Below, piece by piece: positions 25,471 through 39,090 of a stretch of DNA of 64,000 bases. Source of the DNA: Proteromonas lacertae. Its lineage: Eukaryota. The stretch lies in contig NGBS01000873.1 in the NCBI GenBank assembly GCA_002245135.1, positions 62,001 through 126,000 on the forward strand, given 5' to 3'. Position numbers and translations under genes: made by a program. Numbering within the stretch: the first letter of the stretch is position 1; each line of letters opens with the position of its first letter. Below the pieces are notes generated by a model, which worked only from the letters and a program-made list of their open reading frames with translations, did no database searches and was not told the origin of the DNA.

Positions 25471-28047
25471 ATGGCAATGAACGTGGTAATCCGAAGCAGG
25501 TATATCTTTATTTTGATTTACTTATTCTATAGACCAATTCTGGAAGGTGAAAAAGCGCCTGCAGGTATTAGTATAGTCTGTGATTCAAATACAAATGAAG
25601 TATCTTGTAATCATCGAAAATCTTCTACTATGCCTAATAAAACATGGAAGTTTGATAAAGTATTCGATGCTTCGAGTGGAAATGAGACAATGTTCCAACA
25701 CTCAATAAAGAAGTTTATTACACCTGTCATTGATGGATATTCATCTACTGTTTTTTTATATGGACAAACTAAGACAGGTAAGAGTTATACCATGGCAGGA
25801 GAAGGTAATGAAGATGGAATGATCTCTAAAGCTGTTCATTTAATATATGAAGAATTAAGAAAATTAGATGATGAATATATTGTAACAGCATCTTACTGTG
25901 AAATGTACAATGAAGCCATTACAGACTTATTTTACCCAAATGACCAAGAAATCAAGGTAGTTGAAGATCCAATACGTGGTTTAGTTTGTAAAGGTTTGAG
26001 TGAAATAACAGCCATCAAAGAATCAGAACTTCAAAACAAATTATCTCAAGCCTATCAAAGAAAAAACAAGACTGATGCTACTAAAGCTGCTTATACACAT
26101 TATATATTTACAGTATATATTTATGTCAAAGAATTAAATTCAAAAGGTGATGAATACATGAGAATTGGTAAATTGAATATGGTAGAGTTATCTGGAAGTG
26201 AATGTTTAAGTAAAAGTGCATTACCAATCGATGGAGATCCAAAATTATTGAATTTATCACTTGCTTCTATAGTGAAAGTTATTAATTCAATTATTGACAG
26301 AATGCCTCATATTCCTTTTAGAGATTCTAAGTTGACAAGATTATTATTGGATAGTTTTAATGGTAGATGCTACAGTTGTTTTGTAGGAACAATTGGATTA
26401 TCTAATCATTTATATGAAGAAATGGTAAATACGTTGGATTTCCTAAGCAGAGTAAAAAGTCTAAGAAATCGTCCAGAACCTAACAAGAGAATATTAAAAT
26501 CAGTAATAGTGAATGATTATTCAAAAAGAGTGAATGAATTAGAAAATCAGTTTAAAGATATAGCTGGTCATGGTATCTATATTCCCGAGGAAGAGTATCA
26601 AGCAATGGTGGATTTATTAAAACAAAGAACAATTGAATTAGACGAGGCATATTTAGAAATGGATCGAGTTATGGCAAGCCTAAAAGAATTAAAAGAAAAG
26701 ATTATACAATTTGATGCTGAGTTAGAAGAAGCAATGGAACACTTATCAATCCATCAGGAGAATGAAGAAAAGAATATAGAAGTAGCTACAAAGTTAATAG
26801 AAACAGTAGAAGGAGCAGTACAAGATGTAAGAGGATTACATGATAAGATAGAAAGAATAGCATTAACGGAGACCACTAATTTAGCATTAAATGATAAATA
26901 TATTAAAGAACTATTAAATAATCTAAGAGATATGCATAAAACTATTGAGGAATTTCAAGCTAAGAGAGATATAGATTGTCAAAAGCTATTAGATAATATC
27001 ACATCCTTTATAAAGAAACAAACTCAGGAATTAGATAGTGTATATGATAGTTTTAAGAATCTATCAGATACTTTAACTAATAAGTTTGAATCAATGTGTA
27101 AAGATACAGTGTTGGTACAATTAGATGGATTGAATAACTTAGTTGATAATGCTAAGTCAAATGTATATATATATATATATATATATATTAGTTGAATTTA
27201 TGGTATATTGCTGTATGTGATAAGATAGAGAAACAAAGATTGGCATTGAATACATATCATGAGAATAAAAAGAGTGAATTAGATGAATATGAGAAGTTTA
27301 TTATTGATCATTGTACAGGAATGGTATATATATATATATATATATAATTATTATTATTAATAGAGTACTGAATTAGATAAAGAATTACAACAATTCAATA
27401 TCAATATAAACCAATATCAAGAAGAAATCTCCAATGATTTTGCTGAATTCCAACAGGTAATTAATGACCAAATTGAGAAGATGACATCTCATCATATCAC
27501 TAGGTACAACAATCTTACTGATTCTAATACTAATAATCTACACAATGAGAAATCTAGAGTGGAAATAATGCAACAAGGAGGAAAAGAAAGAATTAGATTG
27601 ATGATTCAAGGTGAACATAAGTACAATAAGCTAATGAAGAATCAAATGAACGAAACTAAAGAATCTGTTAATGAAACTCATACACAGACTAATGAGAGTT
27701 ATAAATCTTACACTGATGCTATGAAAAAACTGACAACTTCTGTTGAGAATGATGTAAATGAGATAATTGAACAATCGAAAGGTGAAGCATCTATTACTGA
27801 AGTTTTAGGACAATTAACTGATGAGATACAATCTTGGAGTATTATTGATGAATATGAACAACAGAATGAAGAGATTAATGTCTATCATTCAGGTTTGTTC
27901 TCATTTATATCAAATATGCAAATTATGATGAATAACTATTTGAGCGAATATCAACGAACTCAGACAACAGCTAAAACACCTCGTGAAAGAGAATATCCAA
28001 TTTCAGTCGAATTTCCTGTTTGTTCTAAATGTGAATCATCTAAATAA
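25471..28047 (+). CDS. Kinesin-5 (BimC/Eg5)-like protein with degenerate catalytic motifs
   Basis: N-terminal motor (FDKVF, GKLNMVEL, HIPFRDSKLTRLL), kinesin-5-type neck (VKSLRNRPEPN), coiled coil and BimC box TAKTPREREY. Confidence 0.85.
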
Positions 28048-28166
28048 TTTCGTTATAAATATAATCCATCTTCTTTTTATTGTGTATTCTCTCATTTTGG
28101 TTATTATTTCAACTAACAGAAATATATTCGTTTCAAATAAAGAAAAATAGAGTTTATTTAAGAAAT

Positions 28167-29858
28167 ATGAGTAATGATTGTGATAATGTTGATGTCAAAT
28201 ATTTTTCTGAGGCAATGACAAACGACTCGACTTATGGAAATTGTTCTTGGGATATTTACACAAGTGATACTAATAGTTATAGTGGATCTGTGCCAAATAG
28301 TATTTATGATAATAGAAGCTCTGTTAAACGTGATATAATAAATTCCAGTGGTAATTACCTTAGTGAAAGTAAATTGAGTAATGACGGTAGCATTTGTTGT
28401 TCAAATCCATCGAAGATAAAAAAACACCCTTTTGAAAGAATAGATGAGTCAGATAGTTATAACTTTGAAGAAACAAAAAATAATTGTGATTTACCTCCCC
28501 GTTATGAACATCCTTTAAAAATTCCTGTAATAGAAAGTGGAATAAAGAATTTATTCTTAGTTGATGGAAGTAATAATGGATCTCTTCTCTCTGATTCAGT
28601 TTATCAATCTAACTCAAAAGATTCTCTATCCTTTAATTTATCAGATAGTATTGTAACTCCTTTACCATCATTTGATAATATTCCTATTACACAAAAAAAC
28701 AATAACTTACCACTACCATTACCATTATCTGATTCATATATTATGAAAGATAGAAGTCAACATAAAGATAAAACACAATTACAATCAAGTGAAACAGAAA
28801 TTGATGTAGTTGCAAAAGATGAGAATAAAATAGATATTCCGGAAGTTAAAGAAGAAGAAAAAGAAGAAGATAATGGTGAAGGAACAAGTAACTTTTCATT
28901 AGAAAAATCATATTCAGTATATACTAATGAAATTCCAGAAAAAGTATATGAACAGTATGAGATGAGTAATAAAGTAATATGTATAATAGATGGAAAAGAA
29001 ACAACATTATTGAATTGCTTAAAATATAAGAATGAAAAAGAATATGTATGTCTGAAATGTGCGATTAATAAAGAAATGAAAGGTAAAGAATTTGAGGATT
29101 GGTGTGATTATTCGGTAAAAAAGAAAGACAAATATCGAGAGTGTTCAAATTGTAAATTATATAAACCATTATTTGCATTCTTAAAGAGAAATAATGAAAA
29201 TGAAGTTTATTCAACAACTAAAATGTGTTTATTTTGTAAGAATAAGAAGAAATTAGAAAATCATAGTAAGAAAGAAACAAGTGGTTATAGTGATAAACAA
29301 ATTAACGCAAATACAGAACCATTTGAAGAATCATACTTTCATATTCTTCCTATTCGTGAACCTATAGTAATTCCAGATGTATTTGGAATAATAAAACCAG
29401 AAAATTTTCCAAATTTTAGTGAATCTATTTTGAGAGATGAAATAGAAATATTTATTAGGAATAATAATATGATATGTACATGTGCTAATTGTAATGAAGA
29501 GAGTGCTTGTATAAAAGGAGTAAAACTGAATTATTCCTTCTTTTGTGAAAAATGCTTTAAGAATAATAAAATTTCTGATGAAACAATAAAGAAATGTTGT
29601 ATGAATAATGAAATGAATAGTGAAGAACTAAAAAGCTTTATTGAGAGTAGTAATTTTGAAGAATTAAAGAAGAGTTTTTTTGTTGATCCAGTTTATGAAT
29701 GTTATAGTTACAGAGAATATAAATATCTCAAATATTGTGTAAGATGTTGTACCTTTAAAAGAATTGCTTCATTTATGACTTATAAAAGTAAAAGAATAAA
29801 AATACTTACATATTGTGGATGTTGTTCATTGAAGAAGAAATTTAAGATAATTAGCTAG
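28167..29858 (+). CDS. Cys-rich zinc-finger repeat protein (about two units), Ser-rich N-terminus
   Basis: Intronless ORF with CLKC...CSNCKLYKPLFAF...CLFC and CANC...CEKC...CVRCCTFKRIASF...CGCC. Same pattern as 45274-48336. Confidence 0.7.
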   Translation: MSNDCDNVDVKYFSEAMTNDSTYGNCSWDIYTSDTNSYSGSVPNSIYDNRSSVKRDIINSSGNYLSESKLSNDGSICCSNPSKIKKHPFERIDESDSYNFEETKNNCDLPPRYEHPLKIPVIESGIKNLFLVDGSNNGSLLSDSVYQSNSKDSLSFNLSDSIVTPLPSFDNIPITQKNNNLPLPLPLSDSYIMKDRSQHKDKTQLQSSETEIDVVAKDENKIDIPEVKEEEKEEDNGEGTSNFSLEKSYSVYTNEIPEKVYEQYEMSNKVICIIDGKETTLLNCLKYKNEKEYVCLKCAINKEMKGKEFEDWCDYSVKKKDKYRECSNCKLYKPLFAFLKRNNENEVYSTTKMCLFCKNKKKLENHSKKETSGYSDKQINANTEPFEESYFHILPIREPIVIPDVFGIIKPENFPNFSESILRDEIEIFIRNNNMICTCANCNEESACIKGVKLNYSFFCEKCFKNNKISDETIKKCCMNNEMNSEELKSFIESSNFEELKKSFFVDPVYECYSYREYKYLKYCVRCCTFKRIASFMTYKSKRIKILTYCGCCSLKKKFKIIS

Positions 29859-29946
29859 TAATTATATACATAATATTGGTTTTTTATAATTTTTATTTTT
29901 AAATCCGTTATACATAAAGCTTGGATGGGGTTTGAAAATCTAAAAC

Positions 29947-32900
29947 ATGATACAATCAAATACTCCTCCGCCAATAAGAAAAATATTCCTAAATAACCAA
30001 CCCAAGAACCACAAGCAATCGTATTTATTGTTTTTGTTATATCAAATAGACTTGATCATCATTATTGTAGTACAAACGAAATAACAACAGCGAAATATCC
30101 TGGTTTTAAAATTGTATATAAACCATTAATTGAATTCTTCTGTATTGTTGCTAATATCTATTTTTTGATAATCTCAATCTTACAGGTATATATTTAATGA
30201 AATATTTATGGTTTAGTTATTCACAAATCTCAGTCCAGAATCAAATCGATTTGTAACAGCTGCACCTCTAATCATCATCTTTTTTGTCTCACTTATAAGA
30301 AAAGGACTTGAAGATTGGCATAGAAAAAAAGCAGATCATGAACAGAATTATGCACCAGCCTATGTTTTAGATCCAAACTCCAGAACATTAACTCAAAAAC
30401 CATGCAAAGAGCTGAAAATAGGTGATATAATCAAAGTCAGTTACCAACAGCCAGTTCCAGCAGATTTGTTACTATTAGCAACAAGTGAATCAGAAGGAAA
30501 TTGTTCAGTGGAAACTTCTAATCTAGATGGAGAAACAAATCTAAAAAGAAAAGAAGTTCATAAATTATTAGCAGAAATAATTGGATATAGAAAAAATGAT
30601 AGTTCAAAACCTGTGGATGAGAAAGTGTTAGTATCCTCTTTATTGAGTTTACAAGGTGTTTTAGATTATGAAGGTTCTACTAATAACTTATATAGTTTTA
30701 CAGCAACTTTAAATATAAATGAAAAAGTCATTCCATTGAATTTAGATCATGTAATTTGGAGATGTTGTAGTTTGAAGAATTGTGATTATGTTTATGGGTT
30801 GGTTATTTATATAGGTAATGATACAAGATCCATGAAAAATACAAGAGATCCACCCTTGAAACAGAGTTTATTATACAAAAAATCCAATTGGTTGATTATT
30901 ATAGTGTTTATATTAGAGTTGTTGATTATCATTTTAAGTACTATTTTTTCGTATATTTTTTTCAATAATGCTGACACACATTGGTATTTAAACCTTGAAA
31001 GAAATAAAGGTAGTTGGACTATCATATTTACCTTTCTGATATTGTACAATAATTTTGTTCCAATATCATTATATGTATCTTTAGATTTTGTCAAATATTT
31101 TCAAGCTCGATTAATGGAGAATGATCAAAATATGTTTGATGAAGAAAATGGTATTCCAATGATGGTAAGAACGGCAGAAATATGTGAAAATTTAGGACAA
31201 ATTGATTATATATTTACTGATAAAACTGGAACATTAACTAGAAATGTTATGGAATTAAAGAAGTTCTATACTGGCAATATGTCTTATGGTTTTTTAGATG
31301 AAGAAATTGCCAGGAATCATTATAGACTTTGTACAAGAGAAAATACTCATTTTATATTGGATAAGACTGTTTCATTTCGTGATCCTAAGTATAAGGAAGA
31401 TATAATCAATCAAAGTGATGAACAAAGTAATATATTATTTGATTTCATGAAGTGTTTGGCTTTATGTCATACAGTTGTACCAGAATTCAAAGAAAACAAA
31501 ATTGGATATAGAGCTAGTTCTCCTGATGAAGAAGCTTTTGTAAAAGCAGCTAGAGCACTAGGATTTAGTGTATTTGTAAGAGGTAAATCAGTTTCTATTG
31601 AAGTAAGTGCTTGTAAGAAGAATTATACCTTACATTATGAGATAATGTGTATTAATGAATTTGATAGTAATAGAAAGAGAATGAGTATAATTATTAAAGA
31701 TTATAATGATGAAGAAAAGTATTAAATATTAATTATTGTTAAAATAGAATATGGTTGTTATGTAAAGGAGCAGATTCAGAAATAATCCCATTTTTATCAA
31801 AAGAATCAATTGATAATGATTTAGAAAAGATAAATGTAAATACAAAATCATTTGCCAGCATGGGATTAAGAACATTGGTGTTTACAAAGAGACAACTGAG
31901 CCAAGAAGAATACGATAATTGGATAAAAGAATTTGATGAAGCTAATAACTCATTTATTGATAGAATATGCAAATTATCAGATGTAGCAAGTAAAATAGAA
32001 AAAGATTTGATTTTTGTAGGTATAACTGCTATAGAAGATCGTTTACAAGAAGGTGTATCTGATTGTGTTGAGAATTTAACAATTGCTGGAATTAAGATAT
32101 GGTTAATTACTGGTGATAAGATAGAAACTGCAATTAATGTTGCACAATCGTGTAATCTGTTATTACCAACAATGAGGTATTATATAATATCTGAATTAAG
32201 AGCAGAAGATATTAGAAAACAAATATGTGAAATTGAAGCTTATATGAAACATAAGAAATCAACAGAACAATATGGAATTGTTATTGGTGGAGCTTCATTA
32301 TCATTAGTATAATATATATAATATAATAATTATAATTATTATTATTAATAGATATTGAAAGATCCAAGAGCATCAGGAACAACTTTAAAACGTCCAGAAC
32401 TCAACTTCCAATCGCGTTATTTGAATTGCTGTAAAAATGCAAGATGTGTAATTGCATGTAGAGTTTCACCAGCACAAAAAGCTCAACTAGTTGATTTGGT
32501 AAGATTTGGCTTGCCAAGCCATCCAATCACATTAGGAATAGGAGATGGTGCAAATGATGTAAATATGATACAATCATCTCATGTTGGTGTTGGTATAGTT
32601 GGTAAAGAAGGATTACAAGCTGTTAATAATAGTGATTTTGCTATTGGTCAGTTTAGATTCTTAAATTATCTCTTGTTAGTTCATGGTAAAGATGCTTATA
32701 GAAGAGTTTGTGGTGTTATTTTATATTCTTTTTATAAGAATATTGCCTTGGTTTTAACTATTTTCTTCTTTCAATTCTTTACAGGTCAAAGTGGAGCAAC
32801 ATTTTATGATTCAATTCTGAAAGTATTTTTTTTTCATTCTATTTAATAGTTGTCATATAATTTCTTTCTAGCAATACCAATTATTGTATTTGGTTCAATT

Positions 32901-33566
32901 GATACACAGTGTAAACCAAGAACATCAATTAAATATCCCCAATTATACAAATTCGGAAGAAAAGGAAAAGGATTATGTGTAAGAGAATTATTGTTATGGA
33001 TGTTGGAAGCTATTTTACATGGAGCTGTTCCCTTTGTTGGTGGTTATTTCTTAATGGAAACTATATGGGGAGATGATGGTCAAATGGATGGAATATCACT
33101 CTATGGAACAGGAGTATATACAGCTGTATTTATTATTATGAATGTTAAAGTATTCTTTTTTAAAATATGTTTTATTTTATATGAAATAGATGGCCTATAT
33201 GAATCATATATGGAATTGGTGTTTTCAAGTGTCTTATTGGGGATCTATTATTCTGTATTTTGTTTTTGCTACTATCTATTCTGCAACTCTTTCGCCTCAG
33301 AGTGCTTATTATCGTGTTAGTGTAAAGATATGGACAAGACCAAGGTTTTATTTGATGGTACTACTAATTGTAAGTACAAGTATGTTGATTGATTATACAG
33401 TTTTGATGTACAGAAGGTTTTTCAGACCATTTCCAATTGAAGTTTGTCAAGAATATGATAGAAGAATGAAAGAAGTATAAATATATATTGTTTGATTAAT
33501 TTTTTATAGAAGAAAGTTGAATCAAGAAGATCTACTTTAGAAAGTGAATTGCTTGACGTAATTTAA
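29947..33566 (+). CDS. P4-type ATPase (phospholipid flippase)
   Basis: [51 protein letters not shown] and YSFYKN. Multiple short introns. Confidence 0.95.
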
Positions 33567-33686
33567 ATCATTTCACAGTGATTATGGACATATAATGTTT
33601 TTTTCATTTAAAAATTAATAAATCATAGTGAATATTAATGGCTTTTTGAATTGTGATTTTTCATAATCACTTATATAATTTACATT

Positions 33687-34143
33687 CTAAAAGTAATTAA
33701 TTTTATATTTAATAACATTACCATCAACAGTCATTTTTACTTTTAACACTCCATCAGCTTCATCTGCAAATTCAACTTCAATTTCTTCCCAATTAACATT
33801 TGTTCACTAGAATTTAGTTTATCTTCATATATTCTAACCACACGTTGATCTCTGTTCATTCTAATTACCTTTTTATATTTGTTTGGCAGTTCACATTACC
33901 TTTCTATTATTGTTTCTATTCTACATCCTTCAACTAAAATCATATACCAATATCTTACAATTGCTTTTATTAATTTCATTACTGTATATATAAGATAAAG
34001 CAGTTGCTGTTGGTTCAGATAGTAAGTCAATATTCTTTAATCCAACATATTCGGCACTTTTCATTATTGCTTCTCTTTGTTTATTAGTGAATGTATTTTA
34101 CATCTTCAGAGAATAAATATACAGTTGTTGGAAATAAATACAT
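33687..34143 (-). pseudogene. Internally deleted Hsp70-family relic
   Basis: FTNKQREAIMKSAEYVGLKNIDLLSEPTATALSY...ILVYDF* (NBD) runs directly into IETIIER*CELP...VRIYE...IEVEFADEADGVLKV (SBD), with stops and frameshifts. Confidence 0.75.
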
Positions 34144-34200
34144 TTTTTGATTATTATATATTAGAATAATAAAATTCAAAAGAAAGAATAGACAACAAAT

Positions 34201-37200
34201 CTATATATAAAATCTATAGCTTAATTCATCAGACTTTAACTTTATTATATCTTCAATTTTAAATATTTTAGAATAAACACCACATTGAATAGCTTTTCCA
34301 TATTTTTTAAATTTCATTTTATAATTATTAACATCTATGTTTATATTTTCATCATATAATGGAAATACAACAACATTATTAATAACAAAACAAATATAAT
34401 CTTCAATTTTTATTTGACCAATATAATAACCATCTCCACATCCCATTGATGTTGTAGTGTTTTTGAAATTTTCATTAAATATATTCATCTGATTATCATC
34501 AAACTTAATCACTCTATTTTTCCACTCCGCATTATACATAAGTGAATACCACACTAATTCATTGAATAATAGTTTATATAATGGATGATTCTTATCACAT
34601 TTTATTGTATTAAAGAAAAAATCTTTCATATTTTCATACTGATATTCATTGCATCTGTGTGTAGTACAGAAATAAACATATTTAAATACTTCTTTAGATA
34701 TAAATTCTAATTGAAATTTATCAATTGAATCATAATCCAATACTTTGTATTTTACAATATAATGTGATAAATCTGAATCTAATCTATCAACAATTAATTT
34801 ATTATCCTCTTCCAAGTTTGATTCTTTACCTCTTTCACATGGATAAAGATATTTCTTTATAAAACCAAAATAACTAAAGTTATTTACAGTTGTTCTAATA
34901 CAGTTTCTATAAATTTCATCCCAATAATTTCTATCTTTATAATATGTCTTATATATTGCTGCAAAATATAAATGTCTTGGTACTCGATTATATAAAGAAA
35001 TAAGATCATTATCAATTGCATTTCCTAAATCTTCAGGTAAACAATTTTCTTTCCATATTTTTATCTCTTTTTTATTGCAAATATCTAAATAGAAATATAC
35101 CTTATTACGTGTAAAATCTATAATATTTGAATAGTTTTTATTATCTGGAGAACTGACATTTACAATTATATTACTATTTGTATATTCTTCTTTACAAATA
35201 TCATATGAATCACATATTATTATATCTTGATTAGTTCCACCTTCTTTTAAATAATTTCCAATCAAATTACAGCAAATACAACCATTTAAACTTCCATCTT
35301 CTTTCTTTGAACTTTTATAATATGTTAAACCTAAATTAATACCAATTTTTTCCTTCAATTGAATAAATTTTAAAATAAAATAAACTAAAAATGTGGATTT
35401 TCCACATCCTGGTTGACCTCTCAGTAAATAGTAACTTTTAATCATATCTTCATCAGTTTCATATTTGATTAGTTTTTTTAATCTTTCTTTCTCATTTTCA
35501 ACAATTTCATTTAGTTTACTCAGATCAACATTTACATTTATGTATTTCAGTAGCTTTATTTTTACTTCATTAGCAATATTTTCATCACCATAATCTTTAC
35601 TAAAACAGTTATAAATAATATTATATTCTATTCTTTTCCAAATAAGTGAATAGTAATCTCTCACCAATATCTTATGCATTGGATATTGAAATATTTTTAA
35701 AGTTCCATCAATCTTTATCAATGTTTCATTACATATAAATTCAGGTGTTTGTTTATTTTCATGAAATATACGTTTAAGATAATCAAAACCTATTTTATTA
35801 TATACAAATATATATACTGTCTCTATTGGATGGTAATGGTGATGGTAATGGTGGTTCAGAAGCAGCATTTTCTACTAATTTAATAACCTTTTTCGTATGT
35901 TCTGAATCTATTCTTTCATTCTTAATTTTAATAGCAAAATTATCAGCAGGAGGAAGAGAATTATCTTCTTCAGTTTCAATTTCCGTAGTAGCAGAAGCAA
36001 GATCACCGAATTCATATCTTTTTTGTTTCACATTATTGTAATATATATCTATACCACCTTTTATAAATTTCAATTCTGTTTTAGGTTTTTGTATATTCCA
36101 TCTTAATATAGGTTGACATTTTACATTCTTTTTACATGTATTACAAAAAAATGTCTTTTCGCTATCAAATTCAATAAGATATTCACATTCTCTTAGAATT
36201 TCTGTATTTTTATGACAATATGGACAAGTTAAAATTTCTGTGATTTTATAAACTTCATTTTCATTGCCTTTACCTTTCGCTTTTAATAATAAGGAATAAA
36301 AATAATCATATGTAAAACTAATAGGATCTAATTCATCTCTACTAGTAACATTTACTTTTTCTTTTCTTTCTTCTTTTACTAATTCAATTAATACCGATGT
36401 ACTTGGCTTTACAGTTGGATAAGATGGTATACAATTACAATAGTTTCTTTTTTGTCCATCTGGAGTTTTAAATGTTGTGGGAGAAATATAATTACTTAAA
36501 ATCATATCTAACTTATCCAAACCTTCTTTATATGAACTACATAACATATTTGATGGATTTAAATATATAAAATTAGAATCTAAAAACCTTTTCATTCTCT
36601 GATTACTCTCTAATGTGCTTATCAATGATTGGGTCATTCTTAAATCATCATCTTTAAATAAAATATCTTTCTTATTGTCATCTCTATAATATAAATTATC
36701 TAAGTTAATCTCTGGATCGTTTATTATTTTTCTGTCTAATTCAATATATGATATAATTTCATTTGCTTTTTCCACTCTTTTGAATCTGTTTGTCATTATT
36801 CTCTTTTTATCACTTTCTTTAAATGAATCGAATGATGGATAAATATGTTTTATATACTTTGACATTTTTGGTTCTAATATGTCAGTATATTTACTGAAGT
36901 CAAAACTTTCTTCTATATCCATTGTCACATCATATTTATGACTTATCATTGTAATTACAAATCTTGGATTAAAATATTTATGAAGGTATTTTTCATCGAA
37001 ACTTTTTTTTAATTCTGCTATTTCTTCATCTGCTCTTTCTTTCATAATCACATCTTTTATTTTTTTAATGTCTTCATCTATTTCCTTTATAATCTTATCC
37101 TTATTTTTTTTCATTATATCTACTCTATTTTTACTTTTAGCTTTTGTCTTATCTTCATCTATTTCATTCTGAATAGAATAGTCATAAGCGTAATCCTTTG

Positions 37201-38896
37201 CATCAAGAATTAATTTTCTTACTTTCTCTTTTATTATACCTATAAATATATCATTCTTATAATTTTCAAATGGTTTTTTATTTTTTCTAGTTTGATATTC
37301 CTTCCACTTTGCATTATTTTTTTTTAATTCTTCTAATTCTTTTTCACTATAATCATGATAGATGATTTTTAAGTCATCATCTACAAACCCAATACCATCT
37401 ATAACTATCTTTAATTCTTCTTCATCAAATATTTTGTTCATATTTTCCATTGTTATTTTTTTAATAATACTTTTTATACCATTGTCAATATTTTTATCAG
37501 GAATTGTGACTAATTCAAATAAAATAGGTAATTTAAATCCAAATCTTAATTCCGATTCTTTTTCTATGTAATTATTTACTTCATTCTTATTGTCATTTAA
37601 TGCTTTATCTATACTTGAAGATGGTGTATACTATATAAATATTATAAATAATTAATATACTCCTAAATAATAGAGAATCTCAGCAAGTTTATTTACATCT
37701 TCTTTATTCTCTAACATTTTTAATATACTTTTCTTTCTATTTTCATATGTCTCTTGAAAGATCACATTGAATAAAATAGCTACAGATTCTTTAATGCTAT
37801 GATTTTCAGACACTGTTACTTGTATTCCATTTATACATTTTTCATTAATTTCTATCCCATCAACACATTCAAAATTAGATTGAAATGAACAATTGATCAG
37901 CAATGGTAAATCTTTTTCATTTAGTTTGTCTAATTCTAATTTGTTATTAACCGTGTTTTCATATTTGGATTTTATATAATATAATATTAAATGTTCATAA
38001 TACCATCCACCTTCTCCACCTATTCTTTCATTATCTCCTTCGATTTTTTCTGCTAAAAGAGCAAGATAAACACTATAATTGTTTTTATCTATAATTACTT
38101 TCTTTAATGCAATTTCTTCAGTATACTTTGAAATATATTTTAATTTGTGGGGTATTTCAAACTCATTATCAACATCATAAATATATACAAATTCATTATA
38201 TTTTGCAGGAATACCACTATAAACATTAACATTAACACTTCTTTCGATTATATTTTTAAGATTCGTTTTAAATAATCCAGGAATTCCTCCATATTTTTCT
38301 TTATATACAGTTTGAAGTGATATACTATTCGTACGTTTTGCATAAAACTTAATTTCTTGATCATTAAAAGGTAATAAACAAAACTGAATTGGAGCTCTTT
38401 TACTACGCATTACTTTATAGTTTTCCAACTGCATACTGCTAACTAGTATAACCACATCATCCTCGCTGTATTCATCTTCTGATATTGATATATTATCGCA
38501 GATGATAATAGATCTTTGATTACTGTTATTTATCTTCCTCTCTGGAAGATTTTTATTATTTTCAGAATATATTTTATCTTCTACATTTTTGTAATAACAT
38601 ATAGTACGATTCAATCTGAATATTACTTGATAATTACTTTTAGATAAAAATTCTCTACACAAATATAGGCAAAATCTTGTTTTACCAATACCTTCATTAC
38701 CATAAACTATAAAATTTCTCTGTCCTTCGTGTCTATCTTCTATATAACGCTTCATTTTGTTGTAAATATTTGTATAACATTTTCTTTTCATCAAAAAACA
38801 CCTCTTATAATACTCTATACCCTCATCAGATCTTTCAATTTCATTACCTGCATTCACTATATCTAATATAGTAACTTCACTCACTTGCCTTGCCAT
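34201..38896 (-). CDS. Crinkler/RHS-type (CR) protein with two P-loop NTPase modules and a restriction-endonuclease-like domain, about 1545 aa
   Basis: Three ORF-track fragments join in frame through a 30-nt intron (37631-37660) and a 28-nt intron (about 35790-35817). Walker A GNEGIGKT and GQPGCGKS, each followed by IIICD, VSS and YGGIP/YNRVPR. REase-like NFECVDG...IQVTVSENHSIK. Confidence 0.75.
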
Positions 38897-39090
38897 TATA
38901 AACAATCAGAAATGAATAATAAATGAAAGAAGAAAATAGAAGAAAAGCGTATAGAAATTATAATATAATATAATTACTATAAGAAATATGAAATGTTCAG
39001 TTATCTACATTTTGTAACGAATATAAATTTGAGAAACGTATTTATTTTTTGAAACATAGAAAACAGGTAAAATAACTATTTATTATATAT

